In this document: positions 27,471 to 37,638 of the stretch, piece by piece
Layout of the letters: each line of letters opens with the position of its first letter
Position numbering within the stretch: the first letter of the stretch is position 1
Virus record (IMG/VR): IMGVR_UViG_3300031134_000612
Reading direction: 5' to 3' (one strand)
Length of the DNA stretch: 46,645 nt
Source of the DNA: a virus
Taxonomy: Duplodnaviria; Heunggongvirae; Uroviricota; Caudoviricetes
Notes under the pieces: model-generated
Told to the model about the DNA's origin: nothing
Database searches by the model: none
What the model saw: the letters and a program-made list of their open reading frames with translations, nothing else
Program-made: the position numbers and the translations under genes

Positions 27471-28292
27471 TTAGCGACGTTTTTTGAAAATACTACCACT
27501 ACGTTTAAAGATGTTGGTTTTTTTTGCAGGTTTTGCTGCTTGATACGAAGTGTCAGAAGTTTTTGGTTTAGTCACTACCTGAGTTCTGTAAGCGTCTTTT
27601 GACAATGGAGCACCCGTTGCAGAGTTAGGCGTTACAGGCGTAAACTTGTTAACCGGGGCATTGGTCACTGGAGTTGTAGGTCGAGTTGACGTATTAACCG
27701 AAGGTGACAAGACATTACGGTTTTTGTTCATGTTTGCGTTAACAGGCGTAAACTTAGAACGGTAGTTGTTAACGGCTGATTGTTTTTGTGCCTGATAAGA
27801 CGAATAGGTTCCACGTCTGGTTTCAAGCGGACGATATTGACTGTTAACAGCGGACATATTGCCTTTGTTTTTGCTGAATGCGTTGAAGATAGCATTAGCA
27901 GTCAGACCACCAGCCATCGCCCACATAAAGGTGCTAAGACCACTACCACTGGTTGCTTGTTCAACCACATTACCTGCAGCGTCCACAACAGATCCTGCCT
28001 CTTCTTTGACAACGTTAAGGATTTTTTGACCAGCATCATCTACACTGTAATAAGCATCTACAATGGAAGGATCTTCTGCTTTCATTTTTGAAACCATATC
28101 TTTCAGGTCTTTGTCTTCAGCCGTTTCTGATACAGCCTGATACGCTTGACTATTAGGAGCCGTTACATGTGTTTGAGTCGTTGGCGAATTGGATACACCA
28201 CGTTCAGCCGGTGTTTGGTATTCTTTTTGTTCACAACCCACCATAAAAATAGCGGAAAAAATCATGGCATACGAAATTGTTTTCTTCATCAA
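27471..28292 (-). CDS. Lipoprotein with Gly-rich hydrophobic segment and basic low-complexity tail
   Basis: Lipobox MVGC; WAMAGGLTANAIF segment; T/P/K-rich C-terminus. Confidence 0.72.
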   Translation of the reverse strand: MMKKTISYAMIFSAIFMVGCEQKEYQTPAERGVSNSPTTQTHVTAPNSQAYQAVSETAEDKDLKDMVSKMKAEDPSIVDAYYSVDDAGQKILNVVKEEAGSVVDAAGNVVEQATSGSGLSTFMWAMAGGLTANAIFNAFSKNKGNMSAVNSQYRPLETRRGTYSSYQAQKQSAVNNYRSKFTPVNANMNKNRNVLSPSVNTSTRPTTPVTNAPVNKFTPVTPNSATGAPLSKDAYRTQVVTKPKTSDTSYQAAKPAKKTNIFKRSGSIFKKRR

Positions 28293-28324
28293 AGTTAAAA
28301 CTCCATTAGTAATTTGTTAAGATA

Positions 28325-28353
28325 ATTATATCAAAAGTAAGGGGTGTTTGCAA
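28325..28353 (-). promoter_or_regulatory. Sigma70 promoter with extended -10
   Basis: TTGCAA-17 nt-TATAAT with TGA. Confidence 0.65.
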
Positions 28354-28376
28354 TAGATTTCCAAGGGATGGAAACA

Positions 28377-28475
28377 TTATGAAACAATAGTAAAGCCAAC
28401 CGCCGTAACAAGTGAAACAAACGCCATCGACAACATAAAGATTTTTGATTTACGATTAATCTGGTTAGTTTTCAT
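28377..28475 (-). CDS. 32-aa single-pass membrane peptide (not in ORF track)
   Basis: MKTNQINRKSKIFMLSMAFVSLVTAVGFTIVS; SD GAGG; promoter TTGCAG-17-TATTAT at 28530-28502. Confidence 0.6.
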   Translation of the reverse strand: MKTNQINRKSKIFMLSMAFVSLVTAVGFTIVS

Positions 28476-28534
28476 GATGTATCCTCTAATTAAGAGACAC
28501 TATAATACCATAACAGGATAAAAGCTGCAATAGA

Positions 28535-29107
28535 TTAAAAGGTTAAGGCAGACAACATCAGCAAATTATTCTCGTTTAAATCATCAATAGACTTAAAATG
28601 TATGCCAAACATTTCACTGGCTTCATTGTCGAGAATTGGCAACAAAAATCTATTAAGTAAATCCTCATAGCTATAATAGTTATAGGTGTAACAACCAATT
28701 TCATCATAACACACTACTTTTTTAAACTGATTTTTACCTTGTGAGTTATCTTCAAATAACAAGCTTAAATAATGACCAGATTCAAGTTCAGTTACAGTAA
28801 ATATATTATTAGATGTTCTTAATTTAATATTAAAACCTTTAAGCAAACAAATAGCAATGAGTGCTGTCCATGAAGCCTTTTCAAATTTACTGGTTGCATG
28901 GTTTTCAAAAATATAAGGAAAAATTTTGTGAAAAATAGAATAATGGAATTCAATTGTTTTATGCCGGTCCATAATAATTCCGTCATAAACAGATGTGCCA
29001 CTAACATAAGGATCGGTTAGACTCCAATCAATAACTTCGATTTCTGGATTTGCAATGAGAGCTTGTTCAATAGCTTTCAATGTTGATTGTAGGTCTAACA
29101 CATTCAT
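28535..29107 (-). CDS. Hypothetical protein (190 aa)
   Basis: ORF with SD AAGGA. Confidence 0.7.
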   Translation of the reverse strand: MNVLDLQSTLKAIEQALIANPEIEVIDWSLTDPYVSGTSVYDGIIMDRHKTIEFHYSIFHKIFPYIFENHATSKFEKASWTALIAICLLKGFNIKLRTSNNIFTVTELESGHYLSLLFEDNSQGKNQFKKVVCYDEIGCYTYNYYSYEDLLNRFLLPILDNEASEMFGIHFKSIDDLNENNLLMLSALTF

Positions 29108-29122
29108 TGAATTAATCCTTAA

Positions 29123-30049
29123 TTAAAATGATGAAGCACTTTCATAGTTAAATGGGTAATTCAAACCATTCACAAATTTGTCCATGTGACTTTCAAAGTC
29201 GGGTGAAAAGATTAAGGTTAGATAATCCCTTAATACCTTAGACTTTGTAGGTGTCTGAACAGTGTTGTGAACTAGCCCAAACTTATACATAAAGGGACTG
29301 ACATCAGCCGGGAAATCATCAAATTTCAAACGATTGATACTGATATCAAAAGTGAATTTGAAATTAGGTTGCACAAATTGTACAGCGATATCCGATACGT
29401 CCTGAGACAAATCAGGTTCAGTCAAAGTCACTTTAAAACCTTTTTCTTTAAAATAGTCTTTAATGTTTCGAAGTGTATTGTAAATAGCTGTCTCTCTTGA
29501 CATCGCAAACAATTCTTTCATGTAGTCATTACCACGAGCGTCTTCAACTGCAATCAACGCTGGGATCTTATCAGCATAGCTCATGGATGTATTGTTAAAT
29601 GGATAGTTACAAGCATGAACCAGTTCACTGACCATTGAAAAGAATGTTGTTGATGCTAATTCTTGTTGGAAGTTAATAACATGAGCACTCAATTTATAAG
29701 GTGAATAACTACCCCATTCAACTTTCTCTAAGGAATACATAACAGAACTGGTGCGTTCAGGATTCCATTCACCTTCTGTTGAACGTTTTAAACGGCAATA
29801 ACGAAGATGTTCTTTCTTTTTTTCAAAGAGTATGATTTCAAGACTTGGATTACCAAAGCTGGATTCATTCCATTCAGCCTTTACATCAAAACCAAGCTGA
29901 GCAAGGTGTGTCTCAATCACATAGAGCGTTTTACTGACACTAAGATTACGAGCTGCAAAAAAAAGTCTATTGATTAAGTGTTCTTGACTTTCAATCGCCA
30001 CCAGAAGCTCTTTTTTGTTATGAAAGTTTTTGGAATAGTTATGTTGCAT
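29123..30049 (-). CDS. Hypothetical protein (308 aa)
   Basis: Long ORF in an operon; SD GAGG. Confidence 0.75.
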   Translation of the reverse strand: MQHNYSKNFHNKKELLVAIESQEHLINRLFFAARNLSVSKTLYVIETHLAQLGFDVKAEWNESSFGNPSLEIILFEKKKEHLRYCRLKRSTEGEWNPERTSSVMYSLEKVEWGSYSPYKLSAHVINFQQELASTTFFSMVSELVHACNYPFNNTSMSYADKIPALIAVEDARGNDYMKELFAMSRETAIYNTLRNIKDYFKEKGFKVTLTEPDLSQDVSDIAVQFVQPNFKFTFDISINRLKFDDFPADVSPFMYKFGLVHNTVQTPTKSKVLRDYLTLIFSPDFESHMDKFVNGLNYPFNYESASSF

Positions 30050-30061
30050 GAAAATATCCTC

Positions 30062-30538
30062 TTAGAAAGGTGAAACGTCAGCTAAATCGTTAATACGTGG
30101 GTGTTGGAAATAAGCCAGTTGAGACATAGTGAACGTTGATTCAAACTTGTCTTCAAATTCTAAATCAAACTGCCCCAATTTTTCATAAACAGGTTTCCAC
30201 TTGATATCTTCACGACCTGTACTAAATAACCATTCCAAGTTAGGCTTTGGAATAACAATCTTGTGTTTACTGTTTTTTAATGACATGACAATATGTTTAT
30301 TCAAATCAAAAGCGATTTTCAATGCTTTTTTATCAATATAAGTTGAACCTGATGCATGTGAACGCAATTCAATCATGTCACTGTCTTCACGGTTAATGAC
30401 ACGGAATGTATTGTATTCAGAATCAATGAAATGCTTGAGAACAAAGTTTTTAGGGGTTGCAAGCAAGCTAATACTGAATGAGCGGTAACAGTTTTCCACC
30501 ATTTCAAACTCGGATACAATAAGCATATTACGTTTCAT
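30062..30538 (-). CDS. Hypothetical protein (158 aa)
   Basis: ORF in an operon; SD GGAG. Confidence 0.72.
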   Translation of the reverse strand: MKRNMLIVSEFEMVENCYRSFSISLLATPKNFVLKHFIDSEYNTFRVINREDSDMIELRSHASGSTYIDKKALKIAFDLNKHIVMSLKNSKHKIVIPKPNLEWLFSTGREDIKWKPVYEKLGQFDLEFEDKFESTFTMSQLAYFQHPRINDLADVSPF

Positions 30539-30541
30539 GTA

Positions 30542-31003
30542 TTAACTCCTTAATAGTTCAAAGCGAGCAATGAATTCGTCAACAACAACAGGTTTAAGGC
30601 CATTCTCGCAAAAAAATAACTCGGGCGTATTATACCAAATATTGGCATTGTCGTCAATTGCTATCCATAAGCCTTCATACTTATGCGTACTCAACCATTC
30701 TTGTGCTTCACGCAAACGACTACCATCACTGTTTTCATAGTGATTTGGGGTAATGCCTACAATCATTTGCTGAATATTTGGAGAGAAAGGAGCTTTGAGT
30801 TGATCAAAGGTCTTATTATCACGCCAAGTGCTTGAAATAACAATTTTGAAGTCAATCGTGTCTGAGAACGAATTAATAAAGCGTTCAAATTGTGGGACAA
30901 AGTAGAAGAACTGATTTTCTTCATCAGTGCTATTCTCTTCCGGCCAGAAAAAATGAAGAACTCCATCAAAGTCCAAAAACAAAACACATTCTTTTTTAAT
31001 CAT
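30542..31003 (-). CDS. HAD-superfamily protein, Swiss Army Knife RNA-repair-like type
   Basis: LFLDFDGVLH, IVISSTWR, IVGITP and WIAIDD motifs. Confidence 0.82.
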   Translation of the reverse strand: MIKKECVLFLDFDGVLHFFWPEENSTDEENQFFYFVPQFERFINSFSDTIDFKIVISSTWRDNKTFDQLKAPFSPNIQQMIVGITPNHYENSDGSRLREAQEWLSTHKYEGLWIAIDDNANIWYNTPELFFCENGLKPVVVDEFIARFELLRS

Positions 31004-31082
31004 AATCGAGCACTCCTAAGCCATTCCCAAGTATAACAGAATATCGAAAAAGGAGCAAGAAAGAAAAAACCGCCTAAGCGGT

Positions 31083-31748
31083 TTAAAGTGGACGTGGAAC
31101 TGTTGATTTGTAACGTGAGATATAAAGACAATCTAATGTGTCTTTACAAGTATCATAGGCAACAGGTGTATTAATATCGTCTTGCTTAGCAAAATAATGG
31201 TAAGCTTCACCATTTTTCATTTTAATCGGTGAAAGTTCAAGTCGAAGACTGGTTGAAGGCTTAATGTTATGGGACTTATTTAAGGTGAAAATAATATGGC
31301 TCAATGTAGCATGTTCATTGAAACCAAAATAATCATTGTGGTCAATTTTTCTAATTAAGTAAACATTATCGACTTCGCTTTGATCAAAGTTAATGGAATA
31401 ACGAATTGAAATTTGAGACTCAGGATTTTGAGCATAATCCAAATAATATTCTGCAGTGCTGACATCGATGTTGGGTAGGTCATTAGGCATAGCAACAGTT
31501 TGGATGACATTGACCAGATTACTCACATGACCAGTAGGTTCTAAAGACATATAAGCATTATGACCATTAGATTTCATTTGAATATCAATAACTTTAAACA
31601 AATCTTCAGTAGCTCCAATATCATCTTTAATCACTGTTTCTGGTTTGATAAATTGAGTAAACAAAAAATAACCAAGAACAACAAGCACAAGAGCTGTAAG
31701 AGATAAGGTGATTTTAGCTTTGTTTTTATTCATAGATGATAACTCCAT
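31083..31748 (-). CDS. Membrane-anchored periplasmic hypothetical protein
   Basis: N-terminal basic stretch plus a single TM segment (ITLSLTALVLVVLGYFLF). Confidence 0.7.
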   Translation of the reverse strand: MELSSMNKNKAKITLSLTALVLVVLGYFLFTQFIKPETVIKDDIGATEDLFKVIDIQMKSNGHNAYMSLEPTGHVSNLVNVIQTVAMPNDLPNIDVSTAEYYLDYAQNPESQISIRYSINFDQSEVDNVYLIRKIDHNDYFGFNEHATLSHIIFTLNKSHNIKPSTSLRLELSPIKMKNGEAYHYFAKQDDINTPVAYDTCKDTLDCLYISRYKSTVPRPL

Positions 31749-31839
31749 ATGTAACTTAATAATAAACCAAAATGAAATAAATTCAACCGTTCATCAAAAC
31801 AAATAATGAAGGCAGTTGAATGAAATAATGAGATAACAC

Positions 31840-32271
31840 TTAAATAGCGTTAAGCTTCTCTTCTAAAATACCGATTTCACGCTCTTGAAATTTATCATGA
31901 CACCAAACAAGCTGAGAGACACGATCCCATGCGTAATGGTCATCATCGAGAGCAAACCAAGGAGATGTCATGTCATTCTGAGCACGCCATTGTTGAGCTT
32001 CTTCCAAACGAACACCATCACCCGTAGTATTAAGCACTGGAGTCACACCTACCAGTTTAAGAGCGATATCGGGTGAGAAGAATTTCGAGATTTGAGACAA
32101 AGTATATTCACGACGCCAAGTGCTGCTAATCACAAGCTTAAAGTCAAAACGGTCACTGTGCTTACGAATAAAATTTTCAAAATTAGGGAGATCAATGAAT
32201 TTCAAGCCATTGCTCATCAATGGGTGAAAGACACCATCAAAATCTAGAAACAACACAACACTTTTCATCAT
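31840..32271 (-). CDS. Second HAD-superfamily RNA-repair-like protein
   Basis: LFLDFDGVFH, LVISSTWR, LVGVTP and WFALDD motifs. Confidence 0.82.
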   Translation of the reverse strand: MMKSVVLFLDFDGVFHPLMSNGLKFIDLPNFENFIRKHSDRFDFKLVISSTWRREYTLSQISKFFSPDIALKLVGVTPVLNTTGDGVRLEEAQQWRAQNDMTSPWFALDDDHYAWDRVSQLVWCHDKFQEREIGILEEKLNAI

Positions 32272-32321
32272 TTAATTCCCCTTTTTAGTGTAGCTATTAT
32301 AGCATAAGTAGTAGAAAAGGA

Positions 32322-33779
32322 CTAGCCTTTTCTAAGTTTATCAATGGCTTTTGTGTAACGAACAATGGCATCATCAACTTGTGCTTTGGTAAAACCATCA
32401 CCACGGCGACCTGTTTTAAACAATTCAATTTGATTTTTAAGATCTGCTTCTAGCGATTCAAGATAAATTCTAAACTTAGCTTCAACCATCATGTCTAAAA
32501 TAGGTGGTGACACAATCCCCATACTAAATCTAGCACCCAGATAACCAATTTCATTCATATATTTAGCATATTTATGCATTGCATCATAAATGTCTTGTGC
32601 AATATTAGGGTTGCTGAAAGGATCAGGAGCATCCATCATCATATGTAATGTTAAGACTGAGCGAACTTTGTCATTGAGAACATGTCTGTATGTATCCAAT
32701 AAATTACGTTCAACCAGAACAGACATCAGCATTTGATTTTCTACGGGACTCGCTTTTTTGAAGTCATATCGACCCTCTTTCAGTAGGTAAGCGAGATAAT
32801 CAAAAGAATTCCCAAGAACAACATCAGTAATAGCTTCAGCCCAAACAGGGTTGCCAGAGTATTTAACACCCTTAGCTAAATCAGGATCATGTTTAACTAG
32901 AGCTTTAAAGCAATTAATCAAATTATGCTGCATACAGTAGACCAACGGGATATTTTTCTTGTATTTAAAATTAAGTAGACATCCACTTGATAAGGCTTCA
33001 TCAAGCATATCACCGTCATCCGTTTTGATAGCTTGTTCAAATACGGATTTGATATCAACCAAGGCAGATGATTCAACTTTAATAGCTTCATTCACAAACG
33101 ACAACTGACTAACAGTCTCGGCAAGAAAGCAACTATCCTGCAGATAGATAAAACCAGCACTTGCCATTTTCTGAACCATTTCTTTAATACTGATAGGTTC
33201 GTCATAGCTGAATTCATAGGTGCATTCCATTGCTTCACCGTCATTATCAGGAAGGAAAGAACCAATGAGATAATCCATATGTTCGTTGTATTCGCCATGT
33301 GCAGGGTAAATTTCTAAACAAAAACGATCCATTTTATGATTATAGTCACGAGCCGCATTGACGGAATCAAGAATGACTTTATGATCACCATCTAGTATAC
33401 TAAAACGGTAGACGACTTGTGAAGGAATGGCAATAAAGCCTTTATTGTCATCTGAGATTTCTTCTTCACCATCACTGTTAACATATTTGCTAACAAGGCG
33501 TTTGGCGTCAGTCATGTCTTTTTTAGAAAACGATTTAACAATAACGGTATTGTCTTTAACAACAAGGGGTTCAATAGCCACAACGACTGATTGTTTTAGT
33601 TCTAGGACACCATTGACTTCAACCAATGTTACATCACCCACGGTGGGGTTATTAAAATCACGGCAAACCAAGCCATTGTCATCTTTGTATTTACTGACAC
33701 GTTTCCATTTTGTTCGGGAACTGTCTGGATAAGTGGTCATCAAGAAATCTTTACAATCATCAGTGGATAATTTTGACAT
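32322..33779 (-). CDS. Multidomain hypothetical protein with ankyrin-like C-terminal helices (485 aa)
   Basis: ATG 33779 after SD GGAG; N-terminus shared with 25970; PLVYCMQHNLINCFKALVK is ankyrin-like. Confidence 0.65.
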   Translation of the reverse strand: MSKLSTDDCKDFLMTTYPDSSRTKWKRVSKYKDDNGLVCRDFNNPTVGDVTLVEVNGVLELKQSVVVAIEPLVVKDNTVIVKSFSKKDMTDAKRLVSKYVNSDGEEEISDDNKGFIAIPSQVVYRFSILDGDHKVILDSVNAARDYNHKMDRFCLEIYPAHGEYNEHMDYLIGSFLPDNDGEAMECTYEFSYDEPISIKEMVQKMASAGFIYLQDSCFLAETVSQLSFVNEAIKVESSALVDIKSVFEQAIKTDDGDMLDEALSSGCLLNFKYKKNIPLVYCMQHNLINCFKALVKHDPDLAKGVKYSGNPVWAEAITDVVLGNSFDYLAYLLKEGRYDFKKASPVENQMLMSVLVERNLLDTYRHVLNDKVRSVLTLHMMMDAPDPFSNPNIAQDIYDAMHKYAKYMNEIGYLGARFSMGIVSPPILDMMVEAKFRIYLESLEADLKNQIELFKTGRRGDGFTKAQVDDAIVRYTKAIDKLRKG

Positions 33780-33814
33780 TATAGTCTCCAATTCATAAAT
33801 TCAGCTAAGGCTGG

Positions 33815-33884
33815 ATTATAACAGATAAATGAAGTATTTGCAATCTTGTTAAAGCTTGCAAAATACAGCGTTTTATGTTAAAAT
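33815..33884. promoter_or_regulatory. Back-to-back divergent sigma70 promoters
   Basis: Minus: TTGCAA (33843-33838)-17-TATAAT. Plus: TTGCAA (33856)-17-TAAAAT. Both have TG-n. Confidence 0.6.
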
Positions 33885-33905
33885 TAACCATCAATTGAGG
33901 TGTCT

Positions 33906-34718
33906 ATGGAAAATGTAAATAATGAAAACTATCATGCTTTAACCAAAGTCACAATGGAAGCTATCTTTTCTCATTTAGAATTTGATTTTAAGCATAAACA
34001 TATATGTAGTGGACATGATTTTTCTGCAAAAAGCAATGGCAAATATCAATGGAATATTACCGCATTAGAAGAAAAACAAGCGTTTTCTTTGTTAGGTCGA
34101 GTAGACAATCTCAATATTCAAAATATATTACTGCAGGCATTGGATGATCGATATCCACTCAGCACCACCTTCTTCAAAGAAACAATTGAAAAAATGTCAA
34201 AGTTTTATTTAGAACTGAATTACATTGTAGAACCTTTTAACATGAATGGATTTGAAAATTTAACATGGAAATTTTTCGGAAAAACAAAAAAAACAGCAAA
34301 GAAATCTTGGATAAATTTTGACACTCATTCGTATCTTATGAGGCTGTATCCTTGGAAAAAGACGTACCCTGTCTGTTGTGGTAGTCAAAAACCTAAAATG
34401 ATTATTATTGATGATATGGGTGAATCTGTCTATATACCTGTTATAGAGGTCGGATTTCCTATCAATGATACGAAATATAAAAAGGTATGTATATCTACCG
34501 ATAAATCATTCCCTTATATTTATCTATTGAAAAATGGTCATTATGAAATTGAATCCATTGAAAATGTAATGAATGAGATTAGAGATCGAATTATGTATTA
34601 TTCTTTGTGTATCATGAAAAAGGAAAACTATATTGACTTGGATCTTAGCAATTTTTCAACATTGTCAACCAATGATTTTTTACAATACGTCAGCCTGCAT
34701 AAAATGGCAAATATATAA
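33906..34718 (+). CDS. Paralogue family C, copy 1 (270 aa)
   Basis: ATG 33906 after GAGG; shares LYPW.K...KMII.D.......IPV.E...P.N with the next gene. Confidence 0.75.
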   Translation: MENVNNENYHALTKVTMEAIFSHLEFDFKHKHICSGHDFSAKSNGKYQWNITALEEKQAFSLLGRVDNLNIQNILLQALDDRYPLSTTFFKETIEKMSKFYLELNYIVEPFNMNGFENLTWKFFGKTKKTAKKSWINFDTHSYLMRLYPWKKTYPVCCGSQKPKMIIIDDMGESVYIPVIEVGFPINDTKYKKVCISTDKSFPYIYLLKNGHYEIESIENVMNEIRDRIMYYSLCIMKKENYIDLDLSNFSTLSTNDFLQYVSLHKMANI

Positions 34719-34731
34719 GGAATTTTTCCAT

Positions 34732-35544
34732 ATGGACAATAAAGAAATTAAAACGTACCCAGAATTAGCAAAAGCTATTGTGCATTCAATTGCTGACAAA
34801 TTAGACTATACCTTTGAGTATGGTAATCACTACAAAAATCAATTCATGTATTCAAAAGAACCAGAATGCAGTATACATGCCTTTGAAGATGGACAATCAT
34901 TTAACTTTTCAATAAGAGCAAGAAATTTAGAGGTTCATCAAAAAGTGTTAACAGTCTTAACAGAACTCTATCCTTTTGATACAAAACTGTATGAATCCAC
35001 ATTAATCACATTGTCTAATTTGTATCAAACACTGTCTTTTACGATAGAACCTGTTACAACAAAGAATATCGAAAATTTTTCATGGTTGTCTTTTTGTACT
35101 AAAAACAAAATTAGTAACCAAGAGAAGTTCTGGGATAATTTTGATCACTTTTATTACGATTTTAAACTGTATCCGTGGAACAAAAAGGTGATTAATCTTT
35201 CGGTTACACAACTGATTAAAATGATTATTGTTGACAACAATGGAACAAAAAAATATATTCCTGTCATGGAAACATGGCTACCGCTCAATGAAAATAGACG
35301 AACCAAAATTTGTATTTCATTAAATAAAGAACACCCTGATATTTTTGTGTTACGAAAGTCTGGTGAGTATGAAATTGAAACGCTGGATAATGTTGTTAAA
35401 ACGGTCAACAAAGGCATTAGGAATTATATTTTTAATCTGCTCTATCAACGTTATAAAATAGAAATTTCAAAAGATGATTTTTCTAAGCTAGATTTTAACA
35501 TATACGCAGACTATATCACATTAGACAAAATGGCCGACATTTAA
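34732..35544 (+). CDS. Paralogue family C, copy 2 (270 aa)
   Basis: ATG 34732 after AAGGA; ends LDKMADI. Confidence 0.75.
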   Translation: MDNKEIKTYPELAKAIVHSIADKLDYTFEYGNHYKNQFMYSKEPECSIHAFEDGQSFNFSIRARNLEVHQKVLTVLTELYPFDTKLYESTLITLSNLYQTLSFTIEPVTTKNIENFSWLSFCTKNKISNQEKFWDNFDHFYYDFKLYPWNKKVINLSVTQLIKMIIVDNNGTKKYIPVMETWLPLNENRRTKICISLNKEHPDIFVLRKSGEYEIETLDNVVKTVNKGIRNYIFNLLYQRYKIEISKDDFSKLDFNIYADYITLDKMADI

Positions 35545-35557
35545 AAAGGAAAACAAG

Positions 35558-36181
35558 ATGAACACACCAGCGAATACAAGAAATCTGAACGAAACATTTG
35601 AAAACATCAAAAATATGATGAAAAATTTCGGAATAGAGATTACGGCTATTAAGAAAACTTCGGGATCAAAATACAATTTGACGACAAGTCATAAGAAAGC
35701 TGTTTTATTTGATGGGGGGAATTCTGTTTTAAATTTTGACTTTTTAACTTTCAAAGATGGCAAAATTGAAACAAGCTATCCAACGAATACCATTATTCAA
35801 AAAATCATTGATTATGGAAATGAATATGTTGATTTTTTTGATGCGTTAAGACTCGAAGATATAGAAACAAAAAAATTGTATTCTTATAAAGATGCAGTAA
35901 AAGCCTATATTGATTTTGACTTTGACTGGAACAATCCAGAAAAACATGAGATTGTTTTAAACTTTGCTCATAATGTGTCAAGCATAACACACCTCATTAC
36001 TAATAAATCTGTTATTAACTCAGGTGGGTATGACAATATGTATATTGTCTTTAATATGAATGGAGACATGACAGTAAATAGATTGAATGTGGCTAGAAAG
36101 AGAACAAAGGAAGCGTGGAACAATGAAATCAACAGTAATTTCAAAGAGTATGGCTTGCTAACAGAGATAGTTAGGATCTAA
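35558..36181 (+). CDS. Hypothetical protein (207 aa)
   Basis: ORF with SD AAGGA; ends LLTEIVRI. Confidence 0.72.
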   Translation: MNTPANTRNLNETFENIKNMMKNFGIEITAIKKTSGSKYNLTTSHKKAVLFDGGNSVLNFDFLTFKDGKIETSYPTNTIIQKIIDYGNEYVDFFDALRLEDIETKKLYSYKDAVKAYIDFDFDWNNPEKHEIVLNFAHNVSSITHLITNKSVINSGGYDNMYIVFNMNGDMTVNRLNVARKRTKEAWNNEINSNFKEYGLLTEIVRI

Positions 36182-36189
36182 CTATCTCA

Positions 36190-36873
36190 TTATTTGAAAG
36201 CATACATGGTAGCAACAGCTAATTCATCTGGACTAAAATCATATAGTTTTTTGTTATATTGATTTTCTAACATAGAAACATCTTTATAATTTATTTTATA
36301 CTGTTTTAACATCACGTAATCAGCATAATAAAAAATATTCATATTTTTGACAAACGTAGTCACTTTTCCTAAAGCTTTAACATCAACAAATACAAGTCTA
36401 AAAGATATAGGATTATTGACAGAAGAATAATTAACTATATTCGATTTACCATATAGTAAATAAATCACAATAATTAAAAAATTTACAAAAAGAATCATGA
36501 AGATCATTGATGCATTAAGTTTTGCAACGATGAATGATCCTATTAAAATAAATAAAATAAAAGTTAACAGCCTTGCAAATAAACTTCCACTAACAGACAT
36601 GTAGAAACATTTATGTTTGTACATAAGTCGAGCATAAATTAATAATGCAATAAGGCCAACTACAAAAGGAACTGACATAATAACATTTTCTTGCCAACCT
36701 AATTGATTGATATTACTAAAATAAAATGGGATAGCTTTCATTAAATAAACAAAGTTAGTCAAGATTAAACCAGACAATGGTGAAAACAAGAAACCATAAA
36801 AGATATCTTTTTTCGTCATTACTTCATTTGTTTTTATAAATTTATTCTGCAAATAATTTTTTAATAAATTCAA
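36190..36873 (-). CDS. 4-TM membrane protein family D, copy 1
   Basis: Four hydrophobic segments plus a soluble C-terminal domain ending KKLYDFSPDELAVATMYAFK. Confidence 0.75.
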   Translation of the reverse strand: MNLLKNYLQNKFIKTNEVMTKKDIFYGFLFSPLSGLILTNFVYLMKAIPFYFSNINQLGWQENVIMSVPFVVGLIALLIYARLMYKHKCFYMSVSGSLFARLLTFILFILIGSFIVAKLNASMIFMILFVNFLIIVIYLLYGKSNIVNYSSVNNPISFRLVFVDVKALGKVTTFVKNMNIFYYADYVMLKQYKINYKDVSMLENQYNKKLYDFSPDELAVATMYAFK

Positions 36874-36887
36874 TTTAAATCTCCACT

Positions 36888-37613
36888 TTATTGTATTGAA
36901 TACATTGTTACAACATTTAATTCATCTTGACTAAAATCATATAATTTTTTATTAAACTGGTATTCGAAAACACCAACATCTTGATAACTGAGCGTATAGC
37001 CATTAATAACAACATGATTGTGATGATAAAATACATTCATGTTATTAACGAAAGTTACGATTCTATCCAAATTATCAACATCAGTAAATATCAATTTAAA
37101 TTTATCAATAGATTTAAAATCATGTACATGCTCCGTAAATTTTCTGTTATTCGTAAATACAATCATTATTGCGACTAAATTAATCAAAATTACAAAAATA
37201 AACATCATAAAATTAAAAGGTTGAAGGGCAAGTGAAATAACTACAAAAGAAGCCAATACACTTAAAATTTTTATGAAGCTGCTTCCAACAAATGAAATAA
37301 ACACTGATTTTTTTCTGTATGCGAACAAACCATAAATAGCCGCCCCCAAAATAAAAGAAATAACTGATATTAAAATACACATGTTAATTTCAAAGGGAAT
37401 AGGATTTATTGTAGCCCTGTAAATAACAAATATTTTTGAAAAACATATAATGTTAAACAAAAGGATTACAATCGGTGGCGAAAAGATTAGATTGAGCAGA
37501 ATATATTTTTTTGTGACTGTCACATTTTTTTTGTCAAAAAAAGAAGCCCATTTATTAAAAAATGGAGACACTTTTAAATGGATTTTTGGAACAATTTTTT
37601 TTAATATTTTCAT
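36888..37613 (-). CDS. 4-TM membrane protein family D, copy 2
   Basis: Same architecture; ends KKLYDFSQDELNVVTMYSIQ. Confidence 0.75.
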   Translation of the reverse strand: MKILKKIVPKIHLKVSPFFNKWASFFDKKNVTVTKKYILLNLIFSPPIVILLFNIICFSKIFVIYRATINPIPFEINMCILISVISFILGAAIYGLFAYRKKSVFISFVGSSFIKILSVLASFVVISLALQPFNFMMFIFVILINLVAIMIVFTNNRKFTEHVHDFKSIDKFKLIFTDVDNLDRIVTFVNNMNVFYHHNHVVINGYTLSYQDVGVFEYQFNKKLYDFSQDELNVVTMYSIQ

Positions 37614-37638
37614 AATTGTTTAAATTTCAATCTCTACT

